Positions 40,107 through 48,902 of a stretch of DNA of 63,447 nucleotides are shown piece after piece. The translations under genes were made by a program, and so were the position numbers. Numbering within the stretch: the stretch's first letter is position 1; each line of letters opens with the position of its first letter. Below the pieces are notes generated by a model. It was not told where the DNA came from, ran no database searches, and was given only the letters and a program-made list of their open reading frames with translations. This stretch comes from Candidatus Omnitrophota bacterium (GTDB taxonomy: Bacteria > Omnitrophota > Gorgyraeia > Gygaellales > JAHJCI01), in NCBI GenBank assembly GCA_029932935.1, contig JAOZPD010000001.1, positions 1 to 63,447 on the forward strand, given 5' to 3'.

Positions 40107-40934
40107 TCAGTCCACAATGATAACCTCTGTCCCTCTAGGAATAATAATAAACAACTCCTCAACATCTGAATTTAACATACGAATACACCCCTGGGTTACC
40201 TGCTGTCCAATAGTCTCGTTTTGGTTTGTGCCATGAATTCCGTAACCGGGTAAATCGAACCCCATCCAGCGAGAGCCCAGGATATTATCTGGGCTCTCTG
40301 GAGGAACCACTGCTCCTGCTTTAAACCATACAGGATTAACCAATTTATTTACGATCCTAAACTTACCTACAGGGGTAGAATTATTAACTCCGGTTGAAAC
40401 TGTATATGTCTTTATCACCCTATCATCTGACTTCAGAATAAGTATATTCTGCGATTTATCAATTACAATATTAAAAGGCTTAGTCCATACTCTCAATTTT
40501 CTGCCTGTTACAATTACATCGCTCGAGAGTCCATTGCTGACCTTAATCAAATCTACTGTTGTATTGAATCTTTTAGCAATCTTAGCTAAGCTATCACCCT
40601 GCTTTATCTCATAAAGGACACTACCAGGAATTACTAAAGGAGAAAACAGCAACCTGATATTCAAATCCCAGACCTTATCTTGCCATTCTTCTATATGAGG
40701 AGAGTTGGGATAATCGGTAACTAATTTCTCATATAATAATCTGGCCTCTATAAGATTACCGGATGCCTCCTCCTGAACTGCCTGTTGCAGGACATCTGAC
40801 CATATCATAGAACCTTCTTGAGTATTGTCTTTATTCACAATAAGGCGTCGTTTATTCCCCATATTAAGAATTGCGAAAACCCCCATAATAAAAACAATGA
40901 TTATTCCAAAGATAATTACTAGTCTTATCTTCAT
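40107..40934 (-). CDS. LysM-domain L,D-transpeptidase (YkuD family)
   Basis: 275 aa. TM anchor, LysM (YEIKQGDSLAKIAKRFNTTVDLIKVSNGL), and the catalytic GIHGTN...TQGCIRM. Confidence 0.85.
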   Translation of the reverse strand: MKIRLVIIFGIIIVFIMGVFAILNMGNKRRLIVNKDNTQEGSMIWSDVLQQAVQEEASGNLIEARLLYEKLVTDYPNSPHIEEWQDKVWDLNIRLLFSPLVIPGSVLYEIKQGDSLAKIAKRFNTTVDLIKVSNGLSSDVIVTGRKLRVWTKPFNIVIDKSQNILILKSDDRVIKTYTVSTGVNNSTPVGKFRIVNKLVNPVWFKAGAVVPPESPDNILGSRWMGFDLPGYGIHGTNQNETIGQQVTQGCIRMLNSDVEELFIIIPRGTEVIIVD

Positions 40935-40946
40935 TACTTCTCCTTT

Positions 40947-41396
40947 TTAATTCAAAGTAATCGCAATTAATATCCCCAGAAGCATTCCTAAGAATACCTC
41001 CACTGGTGTATGCCCTAGTAACTCACGAAGCTGAGCCTCCTTGATTCTGCCCTGCCAGTAAATATCATCTAACATCTTATTTAAAATCTGGGCTTGTTTC
41101 CCTGCAGCCCGACGTACATTCTGGGCATCAAACATTACCACAATAGCAAAAGCAACGGCAAGAGCAAAAGATACTGTATCAAAACCGCATTTTAGACCGA
41201 TACTGGTAGCTAAGGCAGATGCCCCGGCAGCATGTGAAGAGGGTATCCCCCCTGGCCCGACAAACCAGCGAAAATCAAACCTCCTCTGACGAACTACTCC
41301 GATTACTACCTTAATGCTCTGAGCCAGAACCCAAGCAATCAAGGTTATCCACAGAATGTGATTCTCCCTCAACTGCTGAAGCATATCTCCCGTCAC
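40947..41396 (-). CDS. divergent PAP2-family membrane protein (DUF212-like)
   Basis: 149 aa. GGIPSSHAAGASALATSIG and MFDAQNVRRAAGKQA motifs. Confidence 0.8.
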   Translation of the reverse strand: MTGDMLQQLRENHILWITLIAWVLAQSIKVVIGVVRQRRFDFRWFVGPGGIPSSHAAGASALATSIGLKCGFDTVSFALAVAFAIVVMFDAQNVRRAAGKQAQILNKMLDDIYWQGRIKEAQLRELLGHTPVEVFLGMLLGILIAITLN

Positions 41397-41492
41397 TAAT
41401 CCACTCCATTAATAATATTGGTGAACTATATGCTTTTTATTATATAATAGATATCCGAAATTGCAAGCTCTGTAAACATATATGGGCACAAC

Positions 41493-43028
41493 CTAACTCC
41501 ATATATTACGGTCGAGGCATCTATAATTTACTGCTTCAGCAATATGCTCAATCCTAATATCCTGACTACCAGCTAAATCGGCAATTGTCCTGGCTACCTT
41601 TAATATTTTATAATACGCCCTGGCAGAGATCCCTATCTCATCCACGGCTCTTCTTAATAATTCCCTTGCCTCATCTGTAATCTGACAGAACTTCTTTATT
41701 AACTTATGATTCATCTGAGAATTAAAATAGATACCGCTGTTCCTCAATCTCGCCAATTGCATATCTCTGGCTCTGTATACCCTTTCTCTTATTCCTCTGG
41801 AAGACTCAGACTCCTGTATGGAGATGAGCTCACTATACCTCAATTCCTGGATCTCCACGTGAATATCAATCCTATCAAGCAATGGCCCAGAAATTTTCGT
41901 TCTGTACTTCTGAATCTGAGCAGGACTACAGTAGCATGTTTTCGAAGAACCGTAATAACCGCATGGACAAGGATTCATTGTCAGACATAGAAGAAAACGA
42001 GAGAGGAAATCCACAGTCCTGCTTGCCCTAGCCACCACAACCCTACCCTCCTCTATAGGTTGCCTTAAGGCCTCAAGTGCATCGCGATGGAACTCAGGTA
42101 GTTCATCAAGAAATAACACACCATTGTGCGCCAGGCTCACCTCACCCGGCTTAGGGACTGTACCCCCTCCCACAAGAGCAATATCTGATGCAGTATGATG
42201 TACTGTTCTAAAGGGTCTATTTGTAATCAAGGCCTGATTCGCTTTGAGCAAACCAGCAACGCTGTAGATTTTTGTTGTCTCAAACATCTCCTCAAGAGCC
42301 ATCTCTGGGAGTATAGTAGGCAATCTCTTAGCAAGCATTGTCTTACCTGTACCGGGAGGGCCAATCATCAGGATATTATGATATCCGCTCGCAGCAATCT
42401 CTAATGCCCTCTTAGCGATAAGGTGTCCTTTAACATCGGAGAAATCCACCTCATAATTTGAACTACTATCTAAAAGCTGCTCTAAATCTACTTTATAATT
42501 GCTTACTGCGATATTCCCACTTATAAAACCTACTGCCTCCACTAGGCTCCCCAAGGGATAAACCTCTACATTATTAACCACTGCCGCCTCCGCCGCATTC
42601 TCCTCCGGCAAAATAAGTTTCCTTCTTTTTCTTTTATCTGTCCTCATACCCAAAGCGACAGATAGCGCTCCCCTCACAGGCCTTATCTTGCCATCTAAGG
42701 CAAGCTCACCCAGAATGATATATTCCTTAAGGCTCTCTGGATTAATCTGGGATGTAGCAGCAAGGATCCCTAAGGCGATAGGTAAGTCAAAAGCTGGTCC
42801 TTCCTTTCTTACATCGGCAGGAGCAAGATTTATAGTAATCCTCTCTGAGGGATAACAGTATCCTGAATTTTTAATTGCGGATTTCACTCTCTCCTTGCTC
42901 TCTTTAACCGCCGTATCCGGCAAACCCACTACTGCTACAGCGGGAAGCCCCTGAGCAACATCCACTTCAATCTCGACCAGATACGTTTCAAGACCCAACA
43001 GGGAAATCGAAGATATCTTAGCAAGCAT
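41493..43028 (-). CDS. comM: YifB/ComM-family Mg-chelatase-like AAA+ protein
   Basis: 511 aa. Lon-protease-like N-domain (DLPIALGILAA), Walker A GPPGTGKTMLA, GVLFLDELPEF, and a C-terminal Mg_chelatase_C-like region. Confidence 0.92.
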   Translation of the reverse strand: MLAKISSISLLGLETYLVEIEVDVAQGLPAVAVVGLPDTAVKESKERVKSAIKNSGYCYPSERITINLAPADVRKEGPAFDLPIALGILAATSQINPESLKEYIILGELALDGKIRPVRGALSVALGMRTDKRKRRKLILPEENAAEAAVVNNVEVYPLGSLVEAVGFISGNIAVSNYKVDLEQLLDSSSNYEVDFSDVKGHLIAKRALEIAASGYHNILMIGPPGTGKTMLAKRLPTILPEMALEEMFETTKIYSVAGLLKANQALITNRPFRTVHHTASDIALVGGGTVPKPGEVSLAHNGVLFLDELPEFHRDALEALRQPIEEGRVVVARASRTVDFLSRFLLCLTMNPCPCGYYGSSKTCYCSPAQIQKYRTKISGPLLDRIDIHVEIQELRYSELISIQESESSRGIRERVYRARDMQLARLRNSGIYFNSQMNHKLIKKFCQITDEARELLRRAVDEIGISARAYYKILKVARTIADLAGSQDIRIEHIAEAVNYRCLDRNIWS

Positions 43029-43193
43029 CTCTCACCTTATCTTTTTTTATAATGTTATCTATTATTGTTTATGTTCTCTGCGATTACACTTCTCCCATTC
43101 TTAATATAATAGACGAAGATATACAGACAAATCTCACATTAATTACAGGAAGAGATTAGGAAGGAATAACGGCAGGGAAAAGATTCACTATTT

Positions 43194-43505
43194 TTAATTT
43201 ATATATTTTGAAGATTTTAGAGTCTCTATGATTGACATAAATAATGACCTTGCCCAATTCCATATTAACAAATAAAAATTATTAACCTTATAGAAAGAAA
43301 AAATCTTCCAGTTATCTAAGAATTCTCCAAATGTCATAGTACCGAAAATAACTAACCTTGAGAGATTAATTATCCATATTACTACTGCGGGTAAAATATA
43401 AAAGAGAAGAAATATGTAAAAACAAAACCTCACGTCATCCCACAGCCATCCTGACTGGCTATCCCACAGTATCCTCTTCTCGCTACCATTCTTCTTATCA
43501 ATCAT
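43194..43505 (-). CDS. small membrane protein of unknown function
   Basis: 103 aa with two hydrophobic segments. SD AAAGGTG and an extended -10 TGGTATAAT (rc of 43527-43535) about 22 nt upstream of the ATG. Confidence 0.45.
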   Translation of the reverse strand: MIDKKNGSEKRILWDSQSGWLWDDVRFCFYIFLLFYILPAVVIWIINLSRLVIFGTMTFGEFLDNWKIFSFYKVNNFYLLIWNWARSLFMSIIETLKSSKYIN

Positions 43506-43660
43506 AAATGCACCTTTTGTTACTCTATTATACCATTATTGTCCAAAGTAACTAAATAAATTTTAATCTCAGAAGAAAGATTTTTGATTAATATTTAAGA
43601 AGGGTCTTTTTCGCAAAAACAATAAGGTAGGTTTCTTAGTACTTAATTTAGGGAGGGTGA

Positions 43661-44014
43661 TTATAAAGCGATATCTTCTTTATTGTCGGTTGTCTTTAGT
43701 AAGGAGGATATACCCATTAAATCAACCCTATCCAGCTTGATGCCTGCTCTATATCTATTGGATTCAATCTGCTCTGACCAGATTACCTTACCCGTAGTAT
43801 AAAAGGGCTCGCCAGAATCGGGCATATGCAGCCAAATCTCAAGGGGGGTCTGTGGAGATAATTCCTTCTCTGTCATTATCCCTATCCCCTGGGCACTAAT
43901 ATCTCGTGTCTGAGCCAGACCGGCAAGGTTGGAGCGTGGAGCCAGAAATCTCAACGAGCGCCTTACCGGAATCCTCTCAAATATCCTCCTGTCTTTAAAT
44001 TCTGTCTCCTGCAT
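43661..44014 (-). CDS. PilZ-domain c-di-GMP receptor
   Basis: RRIFER (RxxxR) and DISAQG (D/NxSxxG) motifs. The start is ambiguous (TTG 44032, ATG 44029 or ATG 44014); ATG 44014 has the SD-like GGGGTG. Confidence 0.75.
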   Translation of the reverse strand: MQETEFKDRRIFERIPVRRSLRFLAPRSNLAGLAQTRDISAQGIGIMTEKELSPQTPLEIWLHMPDSGEPFYTTGKVIWSEQIESNRYRAGIKLDRVDLMGISSLLKTTDNKEDIAL

Positions 44015-44035
44015 GTTTACACCCCACATCAATAT

Positions 44036-44085
44036 AATAAAAAATGCCGCCTCACGATAAGCTTACTCACTTATCCTTCCGCGGC
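44036..44085 (-). terminator. intrinsic terminator after the HD-GYP/138-aa operon
   Basis: Minus strand: GCCGC-GGAAG-GATAAG-tgagtaag-CTTATC-GTGAG-GCGGC followed by ATTTTTTATTAT. Confidence 0.6.
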
Positions 44086-44155
44086 TTTCTTTGCTTTTCT
44101 ATATTAAGTATAGCATATTTATTTGTAATTTCAAGTCTGAATGAGACTCATAAGC

Positions 44156-44572
44156 TTATCTCTTCATTCTCAAGACCCAGGAAGAACCTGCCTTAAAATA
44201 ACCAAAAGGTAGAAGATCAATATAATCTACATATATCTCCACCTCTAACATACTCAAGTCTCCCCTAATCTTCGCTGGTAAATAAGCCTTATTACACGGA
44301 TTATCTATATGAAAAGCAGAAAACCTCTCCGACATACCTGGCTGGAGGACAATCCAGCCCAACCAATACCTCTCTCCTCCAATCTCAATCTCCTTACATT
44401 TATAACCACCACCCATCTCCTGTAGCAATGCATCAAAACCAGACAAACCCAATTCTCTAACCTGCTGTTCCAAGATTTTATTCGCTGTTTTTGACTTAGT
44501 AAAATATTGATAACCTATCCAAATAATCCAAGCTAATATAATCAATGCAATAACTCTGCTTATACTTCTCAT
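44156..44572 (-). CDS. membrane-anchored protein of unknown function
   Basis: 138 aa with an N-terminal TM segment. It starts 12 nt after the HD-GYP gene stop, so it is likely co-transcribed. Confidence 0.5.
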   Translation of the reverse strand: MRSISRVIALIILAWIIWIGYQYFTKSKTANKILEQQVRELGLSGFDALLQEMGGGYKCKEIEIGGERYWLGWIVLQPGMSERFSAFHIDNPCNKAYLPAKIRGDLSMLEVEIYVDYIDLLPFGYFKAGSSWVLRMKR

Positions 44573-44584
44573 GTCTCTCCCTTT

Positions 44585-46612
44585 CTATATCTCTCCATCC
44601 TTATACAACTCCTCAATCACATCCACTATAAGGGGGTCAAAATGGATGCCCCTGTATATCTTAAGCTCCTCAATAGCCTCCTCCTTGGTCAAAGCTGCTC
44701 TGTAAGGCCTGTCGGAGGTTAAAGCATCAAATGTATCAGCCACCCTGATCATACGAGCAAACAGGTGTATATCCTCACCCTTCTGTCCCAACGGATAACC
44801 CGTACCGTCATAATTCTCATGATGATGCAATATACCAGCATAAATATCCTCACCGAGCCATTCCTGAACAGGCATAATAATCTTTATGCCGTTTATGGGG
44901 TGCTCTTTTATCTTCGCCCATTCCTCCTGATTTAGAGGGCCACGCTTAAGAAGAATTGCGTCCGGAATGGTAATCTTACCTATATCATGCAGCAAGGCAG
45001 CCCAGCTCAAATCAGATAGACCATTAGAGAAAGAACGGAGGTGTTTCTCTAGCCTTTTCCCGATAAGGGTACTATAGTGAGCTACCCTGTAAGTGTGCCC
45101 ACGGGTATAGCGGTCTTTAGCTTCTATAGCATTTATCAAGATATTCTGCGAAGCAACTATTAACTGAATCTTTTCCTCTTTAAGCATAAATCCATAGACG
45201 GCTCGAGCTATATGACTGGAGAGGGAAGAAAATATCTCCAGGTCTTCATTGGTGATTATCTCATCAGGATTCAATTTATGACCAATATTTATTATGGCAA
45301 GGAGCTGCTCTTCACAAAAACTGGGTATAGATATCTCTGCATTTAACCTCTGCATCTCTGCAGTTACCTTAGAAAGGAACTCTCTCTTCTCCTGTAAAAC
45401 AGCTCTGGAACGCAAATAATATTCGATTTCACTATAAACCAGGGGCTTCTTCTCTCTCAACAACTCTATCACCAAGGGATTATCCTGAGTCAGCACTAAT
45501 CCAGAAGGAACTCTTTTCTTTCTCCCTGTCCGTGTCAGGCTCCTCGCTAAGGTGAACTCTCTTCTCTGAACATTCCAGATGAACATTCCTACATAGTCCA
45601 ACTTCACCCAGTTAGATAAATCGCGCATTATATATATAAGCAACTCATTTATGTTACGAGCCATAGATATCCTCTGGGCCTCTTTCTTAATAAGTGGCCG
45701 ATAAGCAAAGCGCTTGGAAAGCTCATCCTCCTCAATACGTTTTACAAAATTTATAAACCGGAACAAACCCAGTCCAACTAAGAAAGAGATAGATATAGGG
45801 AAAACCAGCCAATTTTTTCCCCATAGATTAAAAAAATAAGGCTGGAGATAAAAGCTCCCTATATATATGGCGCTTACAGAAATTACAAAAGCCAGTGTTA
45901 CTAAAGACAACTTCTTTATCATAATCTCTATATCCAGCAATCTATAGCGAACGATGGCGTAGGTAGTAGAGATAACAAAGAATGTCACCGGGATGAGCCC
46001 AAAGGGATACATCTCTATTCCATAGCTGGGGATATAGTCTATTACCCCCAGATAAGCAATAGGGAATGTTACCAAAAAATATTTTATTCTTTTTTTATTA
46101 AAAGGTGACTTCTCTTCCTTATATCTTGTATATAAATATTGCAGAGACAAAATGAAAGGTATTATCCATAAAACTAGAAAGAGATTGTGGATAGTGAACC
46201 CTACCTGAGGATAATAGCCCCAGAAGAACATTTTAACTCCTACAATGAACTGTTTGTTTGTTATGGCAATAAGAGCAAAAAGTAAAGAGAGGCTATAAAA
46301 CAGATAAACGAACCTCTTCTTTTGTAGATTTAGAAACGAGACTATAAAATGATAGGTCGAGGCAGTGATAAAAACCACTCCGCAATAAGCTATCCTTGAC
46401 CAAAATAAAGCAGCTGGAACAGCGGTAATATGGGAGAGTATAAAATATGAAAAATCCCTTATGGAAAGTGATAATGCTAATATAAAAAAGCTCCTGTTGA
46501 CTGCAGACCTTCTATTTTTAAACAGTACAAACAGGCCCATATAGAAGGAGAGAACAAAAATAAATAAGCGTGGCAGTGTATAAATGTTTAAGGTGGGACT
46601 CATAGAAATCAT
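44585..46612 (-). CDS. 7TM-GAF-like-HD-GYP c-di-GMP phosphodiesterase
   Basis: 675 aa. About 280 aa of polytopic N-terminus (7TM-receptor-like), a central sensor region, then HD-GYP (HTYRVAHYS, ALLHDIGK, HHENYDGTGYP). Confidence 0.88.
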   Translation of the reverse strand: MISMSPTLNIYTLPRLFIFVLSFYMGLFVLFKNRRSAVNRSFFILALSLSIRDFSYFILSHITAVPAALFWSRIAYCGVVFITASTYHFIVSFLNLQKKRFVYLFYSLSLLFALIAITNKQFIVGVKMFFWGYYPQVGFTIHNLFLVLWIIPFILSLQYLYTRYKEEKSPFNKKRIKYFLVTFPIAYLGVIDYIPSYGIEMYPFGLIPVTFFVISTTYAIVRYRLLDIEIMIKKLSLVTLAFVISVSAIYIGSFYLQPYFFNLWGKNWLVFPISISFLVGLGLFRFINFVKRIEEDELSKRFAYRPLIKKEAQRISMARNINELLIYIMRDLSNWVKLDYVGMFIWNVQRREFTLARSLTRTGRKKRVPSGLVLTQDNPLVIELLREKKPLVYSEIEYYLRSRAVLQEKREFLSKVTAEMQRLNAEISIPSFCEEQLLAIINIGHKLNPDEIITNEDLEIFSSLSSHIARAVYGFMLKEEKIQLIVASQNILINAIEAKDRYTRGHTYRVAHYSTLIGKRLEKHLRSFSNGLSDLSWAALLHDIGKITIPDAILLKRGPLNQEEWAKIKEHPINGIKIIMPVQEWLGEDIYAGILHHHENYDGTGYPLGQKGEDIHLFARMIRVADTFDALTSDRPYRAALTKEEAIEELKIYRGIHFDPLIVDVIEELYKDGEI

Positions 46613-46819
46613 TATAAGATTATACCCTCTCCCTTTTCAAAATACAATAATTTTTGATTAGATAAAAGTATATCTATAAGAAACTGCCGGCTAGAATCTG
46701 ATTGTAATCTTACAAATGCCGCCAATCTAATAATAAAACCAGGATTATTAGAGAATGCGAAAGAAGAACGGCTTACAGCGTAAGGCGCCTGAGTAGTCGG
46801 AGAGATTACGTAATATTAA

Positions 46820-47158
46820 TCAAATGTTTCTTTCAGCTATATCTCCTGCTATAGGCAATTTAAAATATTCACACTTAAAAGCCTTTATCATCAAGACTAT
46901 CCAGAGGATTACAGTTAAGATTGCAATAAATGGTAGCAGGATCCAGCCCAGGATTGGTATAAGTTGAAGAATAAAATTTAATACAAACAGAAAGCCAAAT
47001 ACTATTATAGATTGCATTGCATGGAAACGAACAAATTTATTCTCCTTCTCAATAAAATAAAAAATAATCCCCGTGATAAATCCCAACAGATAACTCAAGA
47101 GTGCTGCTACGTTGGGTTGCATACCGCTAGAGGTTTGACCTAAGTCTTTTTGTTCCAT
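46820..47158 (-). CDS. DUF4870-like membrane protein
   Basis: AALLSYLLGFITGIIFYFIEKENKFVRFHAMQSIIVFG pattern. Start set to ATG 47158 (SD GGGAGGTGA 2 nt upstream region, TATAAT at rc 47181-47186); the ORF-track start is TTG. Confidence 0.7.
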   Translation of the reverse strand: MEQKDLGQTSSGMQPNVAALLSYLLGFITGIIFYFIEKENKFVRFHAMQSIIVFGFLFVLNFILQLIPILGWILLPFIAILTVILWIVLMIKAFKCEYFKLPIAGDIAERNI

Positions 47159-47260
47159 ATTCACCTCCCTTTGGTTCAATTATACTGCGAAGTGGACATT
47201 TTGAAAAGAGGTTTTATTATATATTGTTTATTATGGCGGTAACCTGGCAACGAGATAGCC

Positions 47261-47306
47261 AAAGAAAAATTAAAAGGGCTTTCTCTCTAAAAGAGAAAAA
47301 GCCCTT
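47261..47306 (-). terminator. intrinsic terminator downstream of the 22-aa basic ORF
   Basis: Minus strand: AAAGGGCTTTTTCTCT-TTT-AGAGAGAAAGCCCTTT followed by TAATTTTTCTTT. Confidence 0.7.
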
Positions 47307-47359
47307 TCATCCTATATCAAAGAAAGATGTAATTAGAATCCTCAGGTCTGTCAATCAAA

Positions 47360-47428
47360 TTATCTACGGCTTCTCTTCTTCTTGGCAGTTCTCTTCTTTG
47401 TTTTCTTCTTGGCCTTTTTCTTAACCAT
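47360..47428 (-). CDS. candidate 22-aa Lys/Arg-rich micro-protein
   Basis: My translation: MVKKKAKKKTKKRTAKKKRSRR*. SD GGAGGTG (rc of 47435-47441) lies 6 nt before the ATG, and an intrinsic terminator follows about 54 nt downstream. It falls below the ORF-track length cutoff. Confidence 0.45.
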   Translation of the reverse strand: MVKKKAKKKTKKRTAKKKRSRR

Positions 47429-47607
47429 CCAGTTCACCTCCTTTCTCTTGGTTAATAAATACCGGATATTAAAAATACTTATCTTTATGGGATATAGACC
47501 TCTTTCTAAAGGTCACCAATTTATCTCTGTGTATTTGTTTTTTCTCTCTCAATAATCTCGATATATTCTTCTGTCTCCTTGTAATTCTTTCTCTGGGCAT
47601 TTAGTAT

Positions 47608-48147
47608 TTACGTCCTCTGTTTAATAATAGACTGTGCTAAATTCTCCAAGTTAAATTTAAATCTCAGCGGTGTCTGTCCGCTCTTTGTCTTACTCTCTAT
47701 CTCCACCCAGAGTTGATACCTCCTACCAGTTTTTATTTTATCTACTGGTAATTTGAGTTTAAACAGCTCTCTGGTTAACGTACCCTTTGGTTTCTTAATC
47801 TTCGTCCTCTTGCCGAATGTAATCAGTCCATTCTGTTTAGTTATAGGGTAAGTGGCATCCTCCTGCATCGTAGAGAATACCGTCTCTCTTGTTTTATAAT
47901 GCAATCTACCCAAGCCTTTACCCACTAAAAGGACGTCGTTAATCTTTGGTTTCTCGGCATACATTCTCGCCTCAACCAAAACCTCCATGACATCCTTTAC
48001 AAGATATGCCTCTATTGCCACCGTACTATTCCTGAACTGCTTACCCTCTCGGTTCAAGAGAATACGCTCTATCTCCTCCTGAGCTGAGCAAAGACCAAGA
48101 ATAGAAAAGAAGAAAATTACCCATGTCAAAATAAAATTACCTCTCAT
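47608..48147 (-). CDS. secreted protein of unknown function
   Basis: 179 aa. Signal peptide MRGNFILTWVIFFFSILGLCSAQ. No motif recognised. Confidence 0.55.
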   Translation of the reverse strand: MRGNFILTWVIFFFSILGLCSAQEEIERILLNREGKQFRNSTVAIEAYLVKDVMEVLVEARMYAEKPKINDVLLVGKGLGRLHYKTRETVFSTMQEDATYPITKQNGLITFGKRTKIKKPKGTLTRELFKLKLPVDKIKTGRRYQLWVEIESKTKSGQTPLRFKFNLENLAQSIIKQRT

Positions 48148-48292
48148 TCACAACTTCCTTTCCAGGATTAAAACCGGAGAGAAGGTATCAACAGAACTAT
48201 ATAAGTATCTCAAGATCTAAAAATCCCCCCTCCCCTAAAACAACATAGAGATAAAATTATATTATCACCTAGAAGAAACGACAGATATGGAT

Positions 48293-48691
48293 TTAAACGG
48301 CTGACTGGCTGGAAAAGATCTTATTTATCATCTGTAATATCTCTTCCCCTGTGGCGGGTTTAGCAATCACATAACGCCTTCCAGCCTTTCCGCCCAATGT
48401 CTCCTCTTCCTGCTTGGTAAGGATACCTGTTAAAAATATTATGGGAATGCTCGTCGTAGAAGGCTCTGTTGTAAGGACAGCGGCAACTTCACTGCCGCCC
48501 ATATCAGGCATAACTATATCCAGAATAATCAGATCGGGCTTCAACCTCATGGCCAATTCCACGGCCTCTTTACCCTTTGTAGTAGCAACGACTTCATAAT
48601 TAGCGCGCTTAAGAATATTACTTAAATGAACTAATACCTCTGGTTCATCATCAACAACCAATATTTTTTTTCTGTATTCACCTTCCATCAT
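48293..48691 (-). CDS. single-domain response regulator
   Basis: 132 aa REC domain: KILVVDDEPEV, DLIILDIVMPDMGG, IIFLTG, AKP. Confidence 0.88.
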   Translation of the reverse strand: MMEGEYRKKILVVDDEPEVLVHLSNILKRANYEVVATTKGKEAVELAMRLKPDLIILDIVMPDMGGSEVAAVLTTEPSTTSIPIIFLTGILTKQEEETLGGKAGRRYVIAKPATGEEILQMINKIFSSQSAV

Positions 48692-48807
48692 TTGTAAAAT
48701 ATCATCAATTATTTACTCTGTCAAGATTTTTCTAACATATTTGTCTTATATTAATTAAATTTTTTATAAAAAGTGTTGATAATATAAAAGTAAATTAAAA
48801 AATATAA

Positions 48808-48842
48808 TAGACAAGATATACTAATTTTAATATAGTATATCT
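48808..48842 (+). promoter_or_regulatory. putative promoter (TAGACA-N17-TATAGT) overlapped by a 10-bp perfect inverted repeat (operator-like)
   Basis: TAGACA at 48808-48813 and TATAGT at 48831-48836. The IR AGATATACTA (48814-48823) / TAGTATATCT (48833-48842) has a 9-nt spacer. It lies about 60 nt upstream of the DUF885-like gene. Confidence 0.4.
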
Positions 48843-48902
48843 GGCAGTCAGAAACAGCTAAATTATCATAAAACCATAAAACAGATTTATCAAAGTATAA
48901 TT

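Noticed and set aside
47224-47424. 66-aa plus-strand ORF in the 47.2-47.4 kb spacer.
   Set aside because: It runs through the terminator hairpin and antisense to the SD-preceded 22-aa ORF. It has no SD of its own.
47261-47428. The Lys-rich 22-codon ORF plus terminator as a leader-peptide transcription attenuator for the downstream DUF4870 gene.
   Set aside because: I found no alternative antiterminator pairing with the terminator arms. The DUF4870 gene has its own TATAAT and strong SD downstream of the terminator. The idea is not fully excluded.
48225-48235. A C-rich run CCCCCCTCCCC (GGGGAGGGGGG on the coding strand) between the response-regulator gene and the 179-aa gene, considered as a super-SD for a hidden ORF or as a G-quadruplex.
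   Set aside because: There is no ATG within proper spacing; only a TTG-initiated 21-codon ORF 13 nt away. With only two G-runs, a quadruplex cannot form.
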